64,000 bases of DNA from the NCBI RefSeq assembly GCF_009914755.1, contig NC_060927.1, one strand, 5' to 3'. The notes under the pieces were generated by a model that had not been told where the DNA came from, ran no database searches, and worked only from the letters and a program-made list of their open reading frames with translations. Position 1 is the first letter of the stretch, and each line of letters starts with the position of its first letter. Origin of the DNA: the human T2T-CHM13v2.0 reference genome, Homo sapiens. Of the stretch, positions 26,790 through 39,744 are shown in pieces. The position numbers and the translations under genes are program-made.

Positions 26790-27113
26790 TGGTGTGACTA
26801 CATGAAAGCCAAGCAAAGCCAATGACTGTCTTTCTTGGAATATGAGAGACGAGGCTGCTTTTGCCTTTCTTGACCACCATGTGAAAAATACCTCCTTGAA
26901 CAATGAAGTGAAATGGGTATAGAAAGAGTAGAGACATGAAGAGAGAGGGAACTATAAGGACATTCTTTGAGCTCCTCAATCTTTTTATACTTGAGATCAA
27001 CTGCATCCCTAAACTATGCATTTATATGATCCAGTAAATTCCCTTTTTAGAGACTAAGCCGTCTTGGACTGCATTTCTGTTATTTTGCAACTGAAAGGGA
27101 TCTGACTCAATAC
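26790..27113 (+). mobile_element. Old MLT1 (J/K-like) MaLR LTR, 3' part
   Basis: ccagtaaattcccttttt..taagcc..tttctgttattttgcaactgaaagggatctgactcaataca terminus. Confidence 0.65.
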
Positions 27114-30100
27114 ATATATAATATCATCCTATTATCTTGCATTTTGTATATAGAAGGCACTATGCTAGGTAACATGAATGATACTCATCCATGTGGGCAA
27201 ATGGCCCATATTCTGCTACAATCTAATGAGATAGGATGTGTGCAGATAATAACATAGCACAATACATGATGGATGCCACATGGGAAGTACAAAGGGCTAT
27301 GGAAATTTGGATAAAGGACCAATCCCTTTTGCCTGGAGGGGTCACAGAGGCTCCATATAGAAGGTGACATTAGAAATGGTGCAAGGACAGTGCAAAGCTT
27401 CCTCAACAAATGATGAAAGGTCTAATAATACAAGAATTTTGGTTTTGTAAAATGAGGATTAGAAATTAAGTTAGAAACATAAGTTAGGGCCAAAGAATGG
27501 ATAAGGTTAACAACACTAAGATAAGGCATATGAGCTTCATTCATTAGGAAAAAAGGAGCCAAGATAGGAAAATGGTAAAAAAAAAAATTGTAAAATGCAC
27601 ATAATATTGAAAAAATAAAATTGGAGCTAGTATGTAATTCCAGAACTTGGGAAAGGAAGGTTTGATAGTGTGAATTATAACATTTGTAAATGTTATGAAC
27701 AAATTTCCTTTGTTTATGTTTTCTTATAAATATTTTCTTACTGATATTGGTATCAGTATCAATGTCTGTCAACAAAATATATTTCTAGAGAACTATACCC
27801 ACAAATATGAAGAAATTTAAATTAGTATCTGCCTTGTAAAGATTTTAATTATTTATAGTATCTGTATTCTTCAAAGATTAATCCTTTGCCCCAAACCATA
27901 AAGCAATCAGTGCTTTGATTAAGTTTGGATCAGTTTTTAGTACTTTAAAATATGTTTGTAACTTTACCCATTTAACTCAAGGGTGGGGATTATTACATTT
28001 ACTTGGAATTTCCATAAGCTTGAAAGTAGAGCACATTCTTTGGGTTGTATTATTCAGGTATTTTTAGAAAATAGATTATCTTATTTCATTCATTATCCTT
28101 TATCCAGTTATACTTGGCACTCAGAAGACTTGGTTTTGCATTGTATGCACACACTTAAAAAGGAGCCAGGAGAAGTCCTCTTTCACTGCTTGTGGGTAGT
28201 AAATGACATACTGCGCAGCAGCAGCCAAGTAAAGAAGCAAACTTACCACAGAATCATGAGACAGCCCCATCTGTAATTCTGGGTGTAGCTGTGGTCACAC
28301 GCCAAGCCTTTGCTCTGGAGGAGTTAAATAGGACTCCTTCCCAGAACTTCTGAGAACAGCCATATCAGGGCTCCACTTGTCCGTCCTGACCTGATGCCAA
28401 GTATTTGATGACCAGTGGCTCAGAGACTCAGAAAGATCTCTTCTACCTAGCAACTGCTTGTCTGGCCCCAATTCACTTATCAACGGCCATGCTGCTCTGT
28501 GACAAAGAAATGTCTTCATATGGAGAACCAGGACCTGCTTTAATAATCCTGAGAAGAGTGAAGAATTAAATTACATTTTGTTTTCCCTACTGGTAGGGTC
28601 ATGGAAACTTATTACATGCACTTTAGAAAGATTTCCACTTAAAGAATGTTAAAATTAAAGAAAAGTTTTGTGTGGAAAGGGTAACCGTCAGGTATCTGAG
28701 AAAGAAAAAAAAAGCAGCTGCTGCTAATCTTCTCTCCTTAAAGACTGACTGAATAAAAATCACCAAATAGGAATTTTTATATTGAATTTGTAATGCAAGC
28801 CTGAAAAGCTGAACATGTTTCAAATTTGAGAATCTCCATAAAGCAATTATAGCTGATGTGAGTTCAGTAAATAACATATATTACATACATCTTATTCTAA
28901 TCTTCTGTTGTGACTTAAGATTATAGTTCACTTAGGATTACACTGAGGCTGGGAAAAAAAAGCAATAGAGGGTGTGAAATTCTAGGGACAAGGTACCTGA
29001 GAGAGAATGCTGTTTCTTAGGAGTGGTTCTGCAGGAAATAGTGGCTTTATTGTTGCTAGCAGGCCTAAAGGGCGTCTTCCTTTTGTTTATTTCTTTTATT
29101 TCCTATGTACTCATCTGTGTTAGTATTAATGAATTACTCTTTGCTTAAGCACACCATATAAGAGCCTATTTTCCCCATAGCCTGGAACGTTGCCACCACT
29201 ACCACAAGATGAAACAAGCATGAAAGATTGAGAAGTGCTGCGGTGAAGCAACATTCTCCTTTATTTTCTTTGCTCTTCAGATAATAATGACTCTGGGGAA
29301 GGGAGAGAAACTCCAGAACTACTTTGTTCTCTTCAAAGCCCAAGCCTCGGGAGAAAAAGTAAGACGACAAGACACCTCTCAAGCCAGGGGCCTCAAAACA
29401 CACCAGCCCTGTGCTGGTGTCCTTATTTTATCATATTGATGACGCTGAGTTCAAAAATCCTTTACTTTAAAAAAAAAATAGCTATGAGCAATAGATAGAA
29501 AAAAAAGAAACACTTAGAAAACAAACCCACCTTAATGGTGACATTTAAATCAAATGAACCTCCGTTCATTAAATTAAACAAACCTCAGTTCTTTTCATGT
29601 ACATTTTAAAGTACATTTCTTCTTGGACAATGCAGAATTTTAAGTGTACAAGAAGGAAATACTAATGAAAGGGAATGAAATACCTCTGGATTCTCATCAA
29701 GCAATCAAATACTGTAAACAAAGGGAACACATCTTTGCAAATGTTGGATGTACATAGATAAGTAAAGGTTTTCTAGGGTTTCCTGTTAGTTGGCCATCTG
29801 CTTTCTAGTAAACAAACAAATGTGGACCCTTTGGACTGTCATTAAGAGCATATGGGTAGAGAACCTAAGGGCTGGTGATATACAAGCTGACAAGTACCTG
29901 GCCTACAGGAAGAAGACAGGAAATGGGGAAGGACTTTCTCCAGAAACATAAGCTTACCCACGTCAAGGCTCTCTTCCTATTCATGGACTCTTCAGGATCT
30001 AGCCTGCCTAAGTCCAACCAACTCTGCACACTTGGTGGCCTTGAATGAGTAATCTCGCCTTTCCTGTCCTTGTTTACTCACTTGTGAAATGAGAAAAATG

Positions 30101-30201
30101 AATTAGATCATCTCTTGTGTTTTTTTCAACACTAACATTTTATAATTGAAGTTAAGGGTTTGAAATGAAAAATTAGTTTGTGATATTTGTATCTCTTTTT
30201 T

Positions 30202-30598
30202 ATGTTTTAGATTTTTTTAACTTTTTAAACTTTTTTTAACTTTCTTTTAACCATTTTTTAACTTTTATTTTAGGTTTTGGCGTACCTGTGAAGGTTTGTT
30301 ACATAGGTAAACATGTTTCATGGGGGTTTGTTGTACACGTTATTTCATCACCCAGGTATTAAGCCCAGTACCCAATAGTTATCTTTTCTGCTTCTCTCCC
30401 TCCTCCCACCCTCCCCCTTAAGTAGACCCCAGTGTCTGTTATTTCCTTGTTTGTGTTGATAGGTCCTTATCATTTAACTCCCACTTATAAGTGAGAACAC
30501 GCGGTATTTGGTTTTCTGTTCCTGCATTAGCTTGCTAAGGATAATAGCCTCCAGCTCCATCCATGTTCCTGCAAAAGACATGATCTTATTATTTTTTA
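30202..30598 (-). mobile_element. 5'-truncated LINE-1 3' end (older L1PA-type) with a patterned tail
   Basis: aggtttgttacataggtaaac..ccacttataagtgagaac; tail decayed to (TTTTTAAC)n; TSD tgtatctcttttt at 30188-30200 and 30599-30611. Confidence 0.9.
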
Positions 30599-30684
30599 TG
30601 TATCTCTTTTTAGCTGAATATCTATGTGTGCATGTGAACACACAAAATCTTCTAGATCCTTCTAGATCTAATAATTCCTCATGT

Positions 30685-30985
30685 GTTTGTTTTTGTTTTT
30701 GTGATAGGATCTCACTTGATCACCCAGGCTGGAGTGCAGTGGCATGATCTCAGCTCACTGTGTCCTCCACCTCCTGTGTACAAGCAATCCTCATGCCTTA
30801 GCCACTAAGTAGCTGGGGCTATAGGTGCGCACCCCCACGCCTGGCTAATTTTTATACTTTTTTGCAAAGACAAAGTTTTACCATATTGCCCAGGCTGGTT
30901 TCAAACTCCTGAGCTCAAGGGATCCACTTGCCTCATCCTCCCAAAGTTCTGGGATTACAGGCTTGATTGAGCCACTGTGCCCGGC
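30685..30985 (-). mobile_element. Alu (AluJ-like)
   Basis: Degenerate dimer with ctcaagggatccacttgcc. Confidence 0.93.
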
Positions 30986-31896
30986 ATTCTCATGTTTTCT
31001 CCAATTGATCATATTCCCTTATGTACCTTTGTCATCTCTAAGTAGAACATACTAGCTCTTAAATTGTCTCTTACTGCTCAGTTCTATAATATCTTTCCCA
31101 CCGTCAAACCATATTAACCCACTTCAGTTTTAGCTCAACCAGTCAACCATGATAAGGACTATCATGGAGGTGTTAAAGAGAAGGGTCTGGTGTTTGGGAT
31201 ATGATAGCAGAAAAGCTTCACAGCTATGGATGGTTTTAGGACAACTTATGAATACAATTGTGAGATGGTTCAGAATAGATAGAGTTAAATATTATTCATG
31301 CTACTATATTTCCCTTACAATTTTTTGATGCTGATTAAACTTATGAGACTTGTTTGCCAGAATTCCCTCAGAGTCCATGAAACAAATCTCCTCTTGCTGA
31401 TTAGGTAGTTTATTTTGAATTACTGCTGGCAAGATTTGGAGGTATGATTACTCTTCCTTGATTCCTGAACAGATCATTGCCAAGCTTTTAAAAAAAAAAT
31501 AAAGTTTATATCATAAAAAAAGTAGGTTGTGATATTAAAATCTTAATACACTAAGTTCTGTAATAGCTGGATGTCTTTTTATTACAAACAATATTTAAAA
31601 AGCAACCTTAAAGCTTTGTGTATTATTTACACAAACACATACTATCATTATTTTAGTATTTGTTCTTGTGTCTTTTTTTTTTTTTAACTTTGGGGGAAAA
31701 AGGGAGAGGGGAATTTATTGACTCATGAGGCTGGAAGTCCAAGAGTTAAGCCAGTGGATCCAGCTGCTCAAGGTGTGTGTCCAGAGCTCATTCTCTGTGA
31801 CTCTTTCCACACTCCAGCAGTCTTTTTTAGAAGACCAGTAGTAACGTACCTTCGCATGGGAATTTTACTACGGAGTAGCTGCATAGCTGATTTCTG

Positions 31897-32300
<404 letters not shown>

Positions 32301-33314
32301 GGCTGCTCACTTTATGAGAGTTGGAAAGTCAAGCCTTCTAACTGTGGAGGGAGTAGTCTTTCAAATGGCCGGGTGGTCTCAAGAGAAATCAGAAGATAAC
32401 TCCTGAAAGATTTCCTAAGGAGGGTTTTTTACACTTTTATTTGTGCACATGTAGGTACCAGTGACTTGAACTTTCAAATATTCAGCTGCATGACTTACAA
32501 GATATTTCATATAATTTTTTCTCTTCTGTTCTATTACATGTTTTGCCAATGTAACACCAGTAGCTACTTTACCTTCTCCTTGATATACCAAGATTATTTT
32601 TTATATCTACTACTTAATGAGTAAACATGACTGTTCATATTGTCTCTTTTTGGAGAAAAAAAACACAATTATCAACCATCTCAATGACAATACATGATGG
32701 TGGGCTTTGGCTAAACTCTGAGGAATATAACCAGGTCTGCTTTGTTGAATGAGTAATGAATAAATTCATGAATTTTTCATATCCTGTTCCCTCTTATGAT
32801 CATCCAAGGGTTTCTCCTTCCAGTCCTTTGAAATACCAGCAACCATTTTTTTAACCAAATATTTACCAGTTTGACCAGAGGGAACGAGAACTTTGATTCT
32901 CATCAATACATCTAATCCTACTTATAATAGTACCTTGGTTTGTATTTTGAGGTACAAATGTTAAAGTATATTCACATTCATCTCGTTTAATCCTCAAAAA
33001 AAATAAATCCCCAAGCCTCACACTGTGCTTGACAAACAGTTACTATTCAATCAATACTTGTCAGATGAATGGATGAATTAAAGAATGAATGAAAGTTTTT
33101 AATCTCTATTTTATAGCTGAGAAAACAGACTCAGACCATCTGAGTAACTGGCCTGAATTCAAGGAGTTAAAAACAGGCTGAGCCAGGGCTCAAATTCTTC
33201 TGGACTTCAAGCCATTCCTTTCCCATCCTGCAGCTGCTAGACTTGGAGAGAAAGTACCACGAAAAGTTTCAAGTACAAATAGAATTGAGAGAAGCCAAAT
33301 AGGAAGTAGGATAT

Positions 33315-33794
33315 TGTGTCAGTTTCTTAGGGCTGAGATAACAATGTACCACAAACTAAGTGGCTTAAAACAACAGAAATTTATTCCCACATAGCTTTGC
33401 AGACTGTAAGTCCAAATCAAGATGTCATCCAGGCTGGTTCCTTTCGGGGGCTCAGGTAGAGAATCTATTCTCTGGCTCTCTCCTGGCTTCTGGTTGTGGC
33501 CAGCAATCCTAGTGTTCCTTGGCTTGCAGCCACATCGCTCAGATCTCGCCTCTGTCATCACATGGCATTCTGCTCTGTGTGCCTCTGTGTCCTCTGTTCT
33601 AAGGACACCAGTGATTTTCTTATAAAAGCCCCTATGATTGGATTTAGAGCACACTCTAGTCCAGTATGACTTCTTCTTAGTTTATCTCTTAATTACATCT
33701 GTAAAGACCCTATTGCCAAATAAGGTTACTTTCAAGATATGGGAGGTTAAAACTTCAACATGTATTTTGGGGTTACACAATTCAACCCACAGCA
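33315..33794 (-). mobile_element. MLT1B/C-like MaLR solo LTR
   Basis: tgtgtcagtttcttagggctg..aactaagtggcttaaaacaacagaaatttatt...cacaattcaacccacagca. Confidence 0.88.
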
Positions 33795-33889
33795 GTGGGA
33801 CTAATTTGTGAATAATTAAAAGATGACTGAATTATTTCCACAGATAACATTTGCCATAACACTGAAGTTATAACTGTGTTAAATCACTA

Positions 33890-34125
33890 AATAAAACATT
33901 TCCTCAAATATGTTTCTTTGAACAGTAAGAGGCACTGCCTCAGGGGGAAAATGGTTTTATTATTATATAGTTTGAAGAAACAGTAGGTCAAAGAAAGTTA
34001 AAAAGACTACTTGCTACAGGACACGTCAGAGCCTTTAAGATACAGTAAGTTTCCCAAACTTGTGTGATCATAGGCAAATTTAACTTAAGTGCTGTCCCAG
34101 GGAGCACACTTTATGAAACCCTGAC
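33890..34125. mobile_element. MER5-like hAT-Charlie fragment
   Basis: cagagcctttaa..tttcccaaacttgtgtgatcatagg..gagcacactttatgaaaccctg. Confidence 0.5.
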
Positions 34126-34345
34126 TTCCCAGGTAGCATTATATTGTAACTATTTACAAATTTGTCTCTACTTATTAGGTTCTAAGTTCCTGAGAGGGAG
34201 AATCCATACTTCATGAATCTTTAAATCCCCAGGACACATGTAGTGTGTGGGAGCTACAGGCCCACTGGGTTGTACCAGACACAAGTAAATGATTTTCCCT
34301 GAGCTGGTGCAACACAAAGGCACTGGACACATAGAGCAGGTATTA

Positions 34346-34781
34346 CTGTTGACTGTTGAACAACATGAGGGTTAGGGTCACTGACGTTCCATGCACTGAA
34401 AATTTGCATATAATTTTGACTCCCAAGAAACTTAACTACTAAGAGCCTACTGTTGACCAGAAGCCTTACTGATAACATAAACAGTTGATTAACATGTTTT
34501 TTATATTATATGTATTATACACCATATTCTTACAATAAAGTAAGCTAGAGAAAGAAAATGTTGTTAAGGAAGTCATAAAGAAAAAATATTTTTACTATTT
34601 ATTAAGTGGAAGTGGATCATCATCAAGGTCTTCAGCCTCACCATCTTCATGTTGAGTAGGCTGAGGAGGAGGATGAAAAGGAGGGGTTGGTCTTGCTGTC
34701 TCAGGAGCAGCAGAGGCAAAAGAAAATCTGCACATAATTCAACTTGTGCAGTTCGAACTTGTGTTGTTCAAGGGTCAACTA
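34346..34781. mobile_element. Tigger2-derived non-autonomous element (Tigger2a/MER28-like)
   Basis: TIRs ctgttgactgttgaacaaca / tgttgttcaagggtcaacta flanked by TA dinucleotides. Confidence 0.85.
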
Positions 34782-36722
34782 TATATCACTTGTATTTCTT
34801 TCAGCCACATGTCACAAAATTCTGACCACTCTTCCGTGAACATAAAGGGGGTTCTTCTTCTTAAATAATAAGATATCTGCAAGGAGGATGTCCAGAACCC
34901 AGGCACAGCTGCTCAAAAGGATCATCATTAAGGATGCAGATCATTCTATTTGTTGCTCCATCTCAATGTTATAGAATAGCTGTTTCACAGTCAGCCCCTA
35001 CTTCTCAGTGCCAGGCAGGAAAAAAAGATAAAGTCTTTTCTTTCTCTCTCTCCCTTTATCCCTCTCTCCCTTTTTTTTCTTTTCTTTTCTTGTGTTTTCT
35101 TTTCTTTTCTTTTTTTCTTTTTTTTTAACGTTCGGGAAAACAATAGCTTTACTGGAAACCTCACTAAGAATTCAAACTGTCTTACTGTGTAAACACATGG
35201 TCACCCCCAGCTGCAAGAAAATCTAGAAGGGCATGGACTTTAAGGCTCATTATCAAGTCAAAAAAATCGGCGCCTTGTTGGCAAAGCAAAGAAGAAAAGG
35301 CTTTTGAGTAGCTGTATCACCAATGGTGCTCAGTTTATTCTTTTATGTCCTTATTGTCATTGTTGACTCTATTGGAGTTGTGGCTAGTTCTAGTCTATTG
35401 TATTTATAGGAAAAAATGAGTTACTTATTTTGACTTTGAAGTTTGGTAGATTTTAAATTTCATGGAGAAAAATGTTGTTTCAATAATTACTTAGGCTGTT
35501 AGGTTATATAACATACTAGTAATAAACTATCTTGATGAAGGAGAACACTGTTTTGGAGAGTATCCCAGGAGTTCTGGACCCAGAATAGTAGGCTCATTGA
35601 GTGATTATGCAACCCTTGAATAAACCCACAATACAACTGAACAAGAAATTAAATATATAACTTCAAAATACTCCATTGATTCATTGTGTTGGGAAGCCAA
35701 TATTAACTTACTGCATCTTGCTGATTCATGTGATAAACACAGCATTTTAATAGGGACTTTGATTCCATAATGATTCAGTTTCTTATATATCTGGAAATTG
35801 TAAATCAGCCAGGAGAACAAATAGCAAGCCTTGAGCCATGCTGGTATGATGTTTGCTTTACAAATTTGGTGCCCTTTCCCTCTGAGATACAGCCACACTC
35901 AATTAAAATCATGCAATGTTGGCTAAGTAACAGGGCAGCAACCAAGATTTAAATTGTGGAGAAAAAATTCCAAAGTGCGTCTGAATAATAGGAAGCAGAA
36001 ACTCAAAAATGGAAACTGCTTTTTTTTCTGTGATCACACCACTGTAGCCGTTAGATATTTTTCCATTGACTTTGGGAGTGTAGGAGATGCAAATTAAAAA
36101 TAAATAATTGTAGCAACATGGCCATGACTTTTTTTCTGTTACATTTAGTTAATTGGAAATTTGGAAATTTAGAACTTTCATACAGATGTTTTATTTGTCT
36201 GTAGCTCTATTCTTAGGCTTCCTGTTCATATTTTAGTACATAGATTTCTGCAATATAGGACTAGATCTTCAGCTATTTTCATTTAGTGCTTACTAGCAAG
36301 ACAATTAATTGAGGAACTTCTTGTGATTAAACATGATACTGTAACACTTCTGACTTCTCAAATATCCATCAAGTGTGACTAACTTCACTCTCCCTCAGAT
36401 GTCATCTCATAAAACCCTATTTTGGGGAAGAGAATGCAGAAGCTTTTAGTTCTGTCATATCTCCCAAAGATTATGGAATTGGGAAGAGTGTAAAACCTGG
36501 AGAAAACTCATTAAGACAGGACCTTGATGCTTTTTAAAATCTTAGCCCCTAAATTTGTGACATGTCCATTCACAGGAGATTCCTGACAGGCACAAGCACA
36601 TTTTCACCATTTTCACTGCTTTTTGTATTGTGCACATTTATGATGTACAATATTATATATATATACACATATTAAAATGATTGCTACAGGTAAGTGAATT
36701 AACATATCTATTACTGTTCAGT

Positions 36723-36780
36723 TGTGTGTGTGTGTGTGTGTGTGTGTGCACGCGTGCACGCGTGCACGTGCGCATGTGTG
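36723..36780. repeat. (TG)13 plus CpG-rich alternating purine-pyrimidine tract
   Basis: 58 bp of uninterrupted Y-R alternation. Confidence 0.95.
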
Positions 36781-37586
36781 GTAATAAACTTTCAGTATAC
36801 AATACCATATTACTAACTACAGTCTTTTCTTCTGTACATTAGATCTCTAGACTCTTCCTCCTGTATAACAGCAACTTTGTACCCTTTTGACCCACATCTC
36901 CCCATTTCCTTGTCCTCCTTTACACCTGGTAAGCACTATTCTACTTTCTGTTTCTATGTATTTAATTTACTTTTAGATTCCACATGTAAGTGTGGTCATG
37001 TAATATTTGCCTGTCTGGGTTATTTCACTTAGCATAAAGTCCTCCATGTTCGTCCATGTTGTTGCCTATCTCCTCCATTTTTAAGTCAGATTAATATTCC
37101 CTTGTATTTATAAATTACAATTTCTTTATCCATTTATACGTTGATGAACACTTAGGTTGTTTCTATAACTTGGCTATTCTGAATAATGCTGTTATGAACA
37201 TGGGAGTGTGGATATCACTACAAGGTGCTGATTTCACTTCCTATGGGTATATACACAGCAGAGGGATTGCTTGGTCATGTGATTCAATATTCAATTTTTT
37301 GAGGAACTTCTATATTGTTTTCTATAATGGCTGTACCAATTTACATTCACATCAACAGTGCACAGACGTTCCCTTTTTTCCACACCCTTGCCAATATGTA
37401 TTATCTCTTGTCTTTTTGATCATAGCTATCCTAACAGGTGTGAGGTGATATCTCATTATGATTTTGATTGGCATTCCCTGATGATAAGAGATGTCAAGCA
37501 CCTTTTTATATGTGTGTTGGCTGTTTTTGCGTCTTTTTTGGGAAAATGTCTTTTCAGGTTCTTTGCATATTTTTAAATTCTATTAT

Positions 37587-37590
<4 letters not shown>

Positions 37591-37654
<64 letters not shown>
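37591..37654. repeat. Compound microsatellite (GT)16(GA)16
   Basis: Direct read. Confidence 0.97.
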
Positions 37655-37657
<3 letters not shown>

Positions 37658-39307
37658 AGCTGTGTGAATTCCCTATGTCTTTATTAATCTTTTATCAGAT
37701 ATACTGTTTGAAAATAGTTCCTCCTGATCAATAGGCTGACTTTTCCTTTTGTTGATTGTTTCCTTTGCTGTACAGAAGCTTTTCAGTTTGATGTAGTTCA
37801 AAGAAGTTTAATGTTCTTTCATGATATAAACTCTAAACAAAATATAGCTAGAAATTTTTTCTTCAACATACTAAAGGCCATTTATGAAAATCACACAGCT
37901 AATCTAATCAATAGGAAAAACTGAAAGCTTTTCTTTTAAAATCAGGGACCAGGCAAGGAGGCAAGGGTGCCCATTCTTGCCACTTCTATTCAACAAAGGG
38001 CTGAAATATTAGCAAGAACAATAAGACAGGAAAAAAAAAAAGACATCCAAATTGGAAAGGAAAAAGTAAAACTATCCCTTTTTGTCAATGACACATGTAG
38101 AAAACCCTAAAAGTAGCAGGATGCAGAATCAACATACAAAAAAATTGAATTTCTTTTCATTAATAATAATCTGTCCATAAAAGAAATCAAGTAAATAATC
38201 TCACTTGCAATAGCATCAAAAAATTAAGATGCTTAGATATAAATTTAACCAAGAAAGTGTAATATCTGCATGCTAAAAGCTGTAAAATATTGATGAAAGA
38301 AGTTTAAGAAGACACACAGAAATAGAAAGATACCCTATGCTCGTGGACAGGAAGTATTAATATTGTTAAAATGTCCATACTACCTAAAGCATTATACAGA
38401 CTCAAAGCAACCTCTATCAAAATTTCAAGTGCATTTTTCGTAGAAATAAAAAAATCAATTCTAAAATTTGTATGAAACCACAAAAGGCCCTGAAAACAAT
38501 TTCCATAAAGAAAAACAAGGATGGAGTCATCATACTTTCTGATTTCAAATTATATTACTAAGCTATAGTAACCAAAACAGTATGATGTTGACATTAAAAC
38601 AGACACACAGACTAACTGGACGGAATAGAGAGGCCGGAAATAAACCCTAGCATATATGGGCAACTAATTTTTGACAAGCTCTGCAAGAAGACACAATGGG
38701 GAAAGAATAGTTTTTTCAATAAATGCTGTTTAGAAAACTGGATATTCACATGCAAAAGAAAGAAACTAGACCCTTACCTCACACCATACACAAAAATCAG
38801 CCCAAAACAAGTTAAGGACATAAATGTAATCCCTGAAACCATAAAACTACTAGAAGAAAACATAGGAAAATCTCTGTGATATTGGCCTTGCAACCATGTT
38901 TTGGATATTATATTAAAAGTTCAGGCAACAAAAGCAAAAATAAGCAAATGGACTACCTTTTCACGGCTTTTGACTTTCTTCAAGTTTTAAATGCAACCCT
39001 GTGTATTATGCCAATGTCATGCTCAGGCCTTAGGCTCTATGGAGCTTCTCAAGGTCCTTATTTGATTTTTTTTCTACCTCATGGTCCTTACACAGTCTGC
39101 TCTTTTTGCCTAGAACACTCTTTTCTTCTCCTGTTTTCTCTTTTCTTACATTCCTTTCAGGTCTCATTTTAAATTTTATTTGCATACTGGATGAGTTTGC
39201 CTTAGTTCTGAGATATTTATACTCCTCTCATTTTTAGCAAGTATTATATACATATATATTAATACTTTGTAAAATTATTGGGCTAGTGCCTTACTTTTTT
39301 CCTTGGG

Positions 39308-39744
39308 TGTCGCCGACCTCAATTCCTGGTGGACTGAACAAAGGATGATGAATGTGGGAATGAAGATAAAGACAAAAGTGTATATTTGGAAGAAGGGGGT
39401 CAGGGGGCTCCTTGCTTCTAGTGAACAAAGGCCCTGAGCTTTTTCAGCCTTCTGTATTTATTAGGTGAAAGAGATAGCAAGAAGGGGGGTGATTGTAGGT
39501 CAGCAGTTTGACTAACAGCAGGCTTGCAAGACTGCATTCTTTGAACAATAGGCTCTAGATATCCCAGTAGATAACCTCAAGAAGCATGGCACCAGGGGGT
39601 GATTGCCTTCAGCAAAACTTCTGGCAGCTGGAGCAGATGTGATTTTGCCCATATCCTCCATTCATAATAAACAGTTTTCTGTTTGATCATATAGACTCCA
39701 GTGGAATGTTGAGTTGGTCACGATTCCTTTGCCAGCCCTTTACA
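39308..39744 (-). mobile_element. LTR3 solo LTR (HERV-K HML-6)
   Basis: Minus strand TG..ggaatcgtgaccaactcaacattccactggagtctatatgatcaaacag..CA matches LTR3 as remembered; perfect 6-bp TSD CTTGGG (39302-39307, 39745-39750). Confidence 0.88.

Larger units (their letters stand above)
36625..38955 (-). mobile_element. L1MA8/9-like LINE-1 with a 5' inversion (3' part minus ~36625-37797; inverted ORF2 part plus ~37798-38955)
   Basis: Orientation flips at ~37798. Both segments terminate at the same consensus point (actac). TSD-like ttttcactgctttt / ttttcacggctttt. Confidence 0.85.

Noticed and set aside
27980-29450. Repeat-poor stretch with scattered GATA/FOX-like motifs as a possible enhancer
   Set aside because: Motif density is not convincingly above background; chromatin data would be needed.
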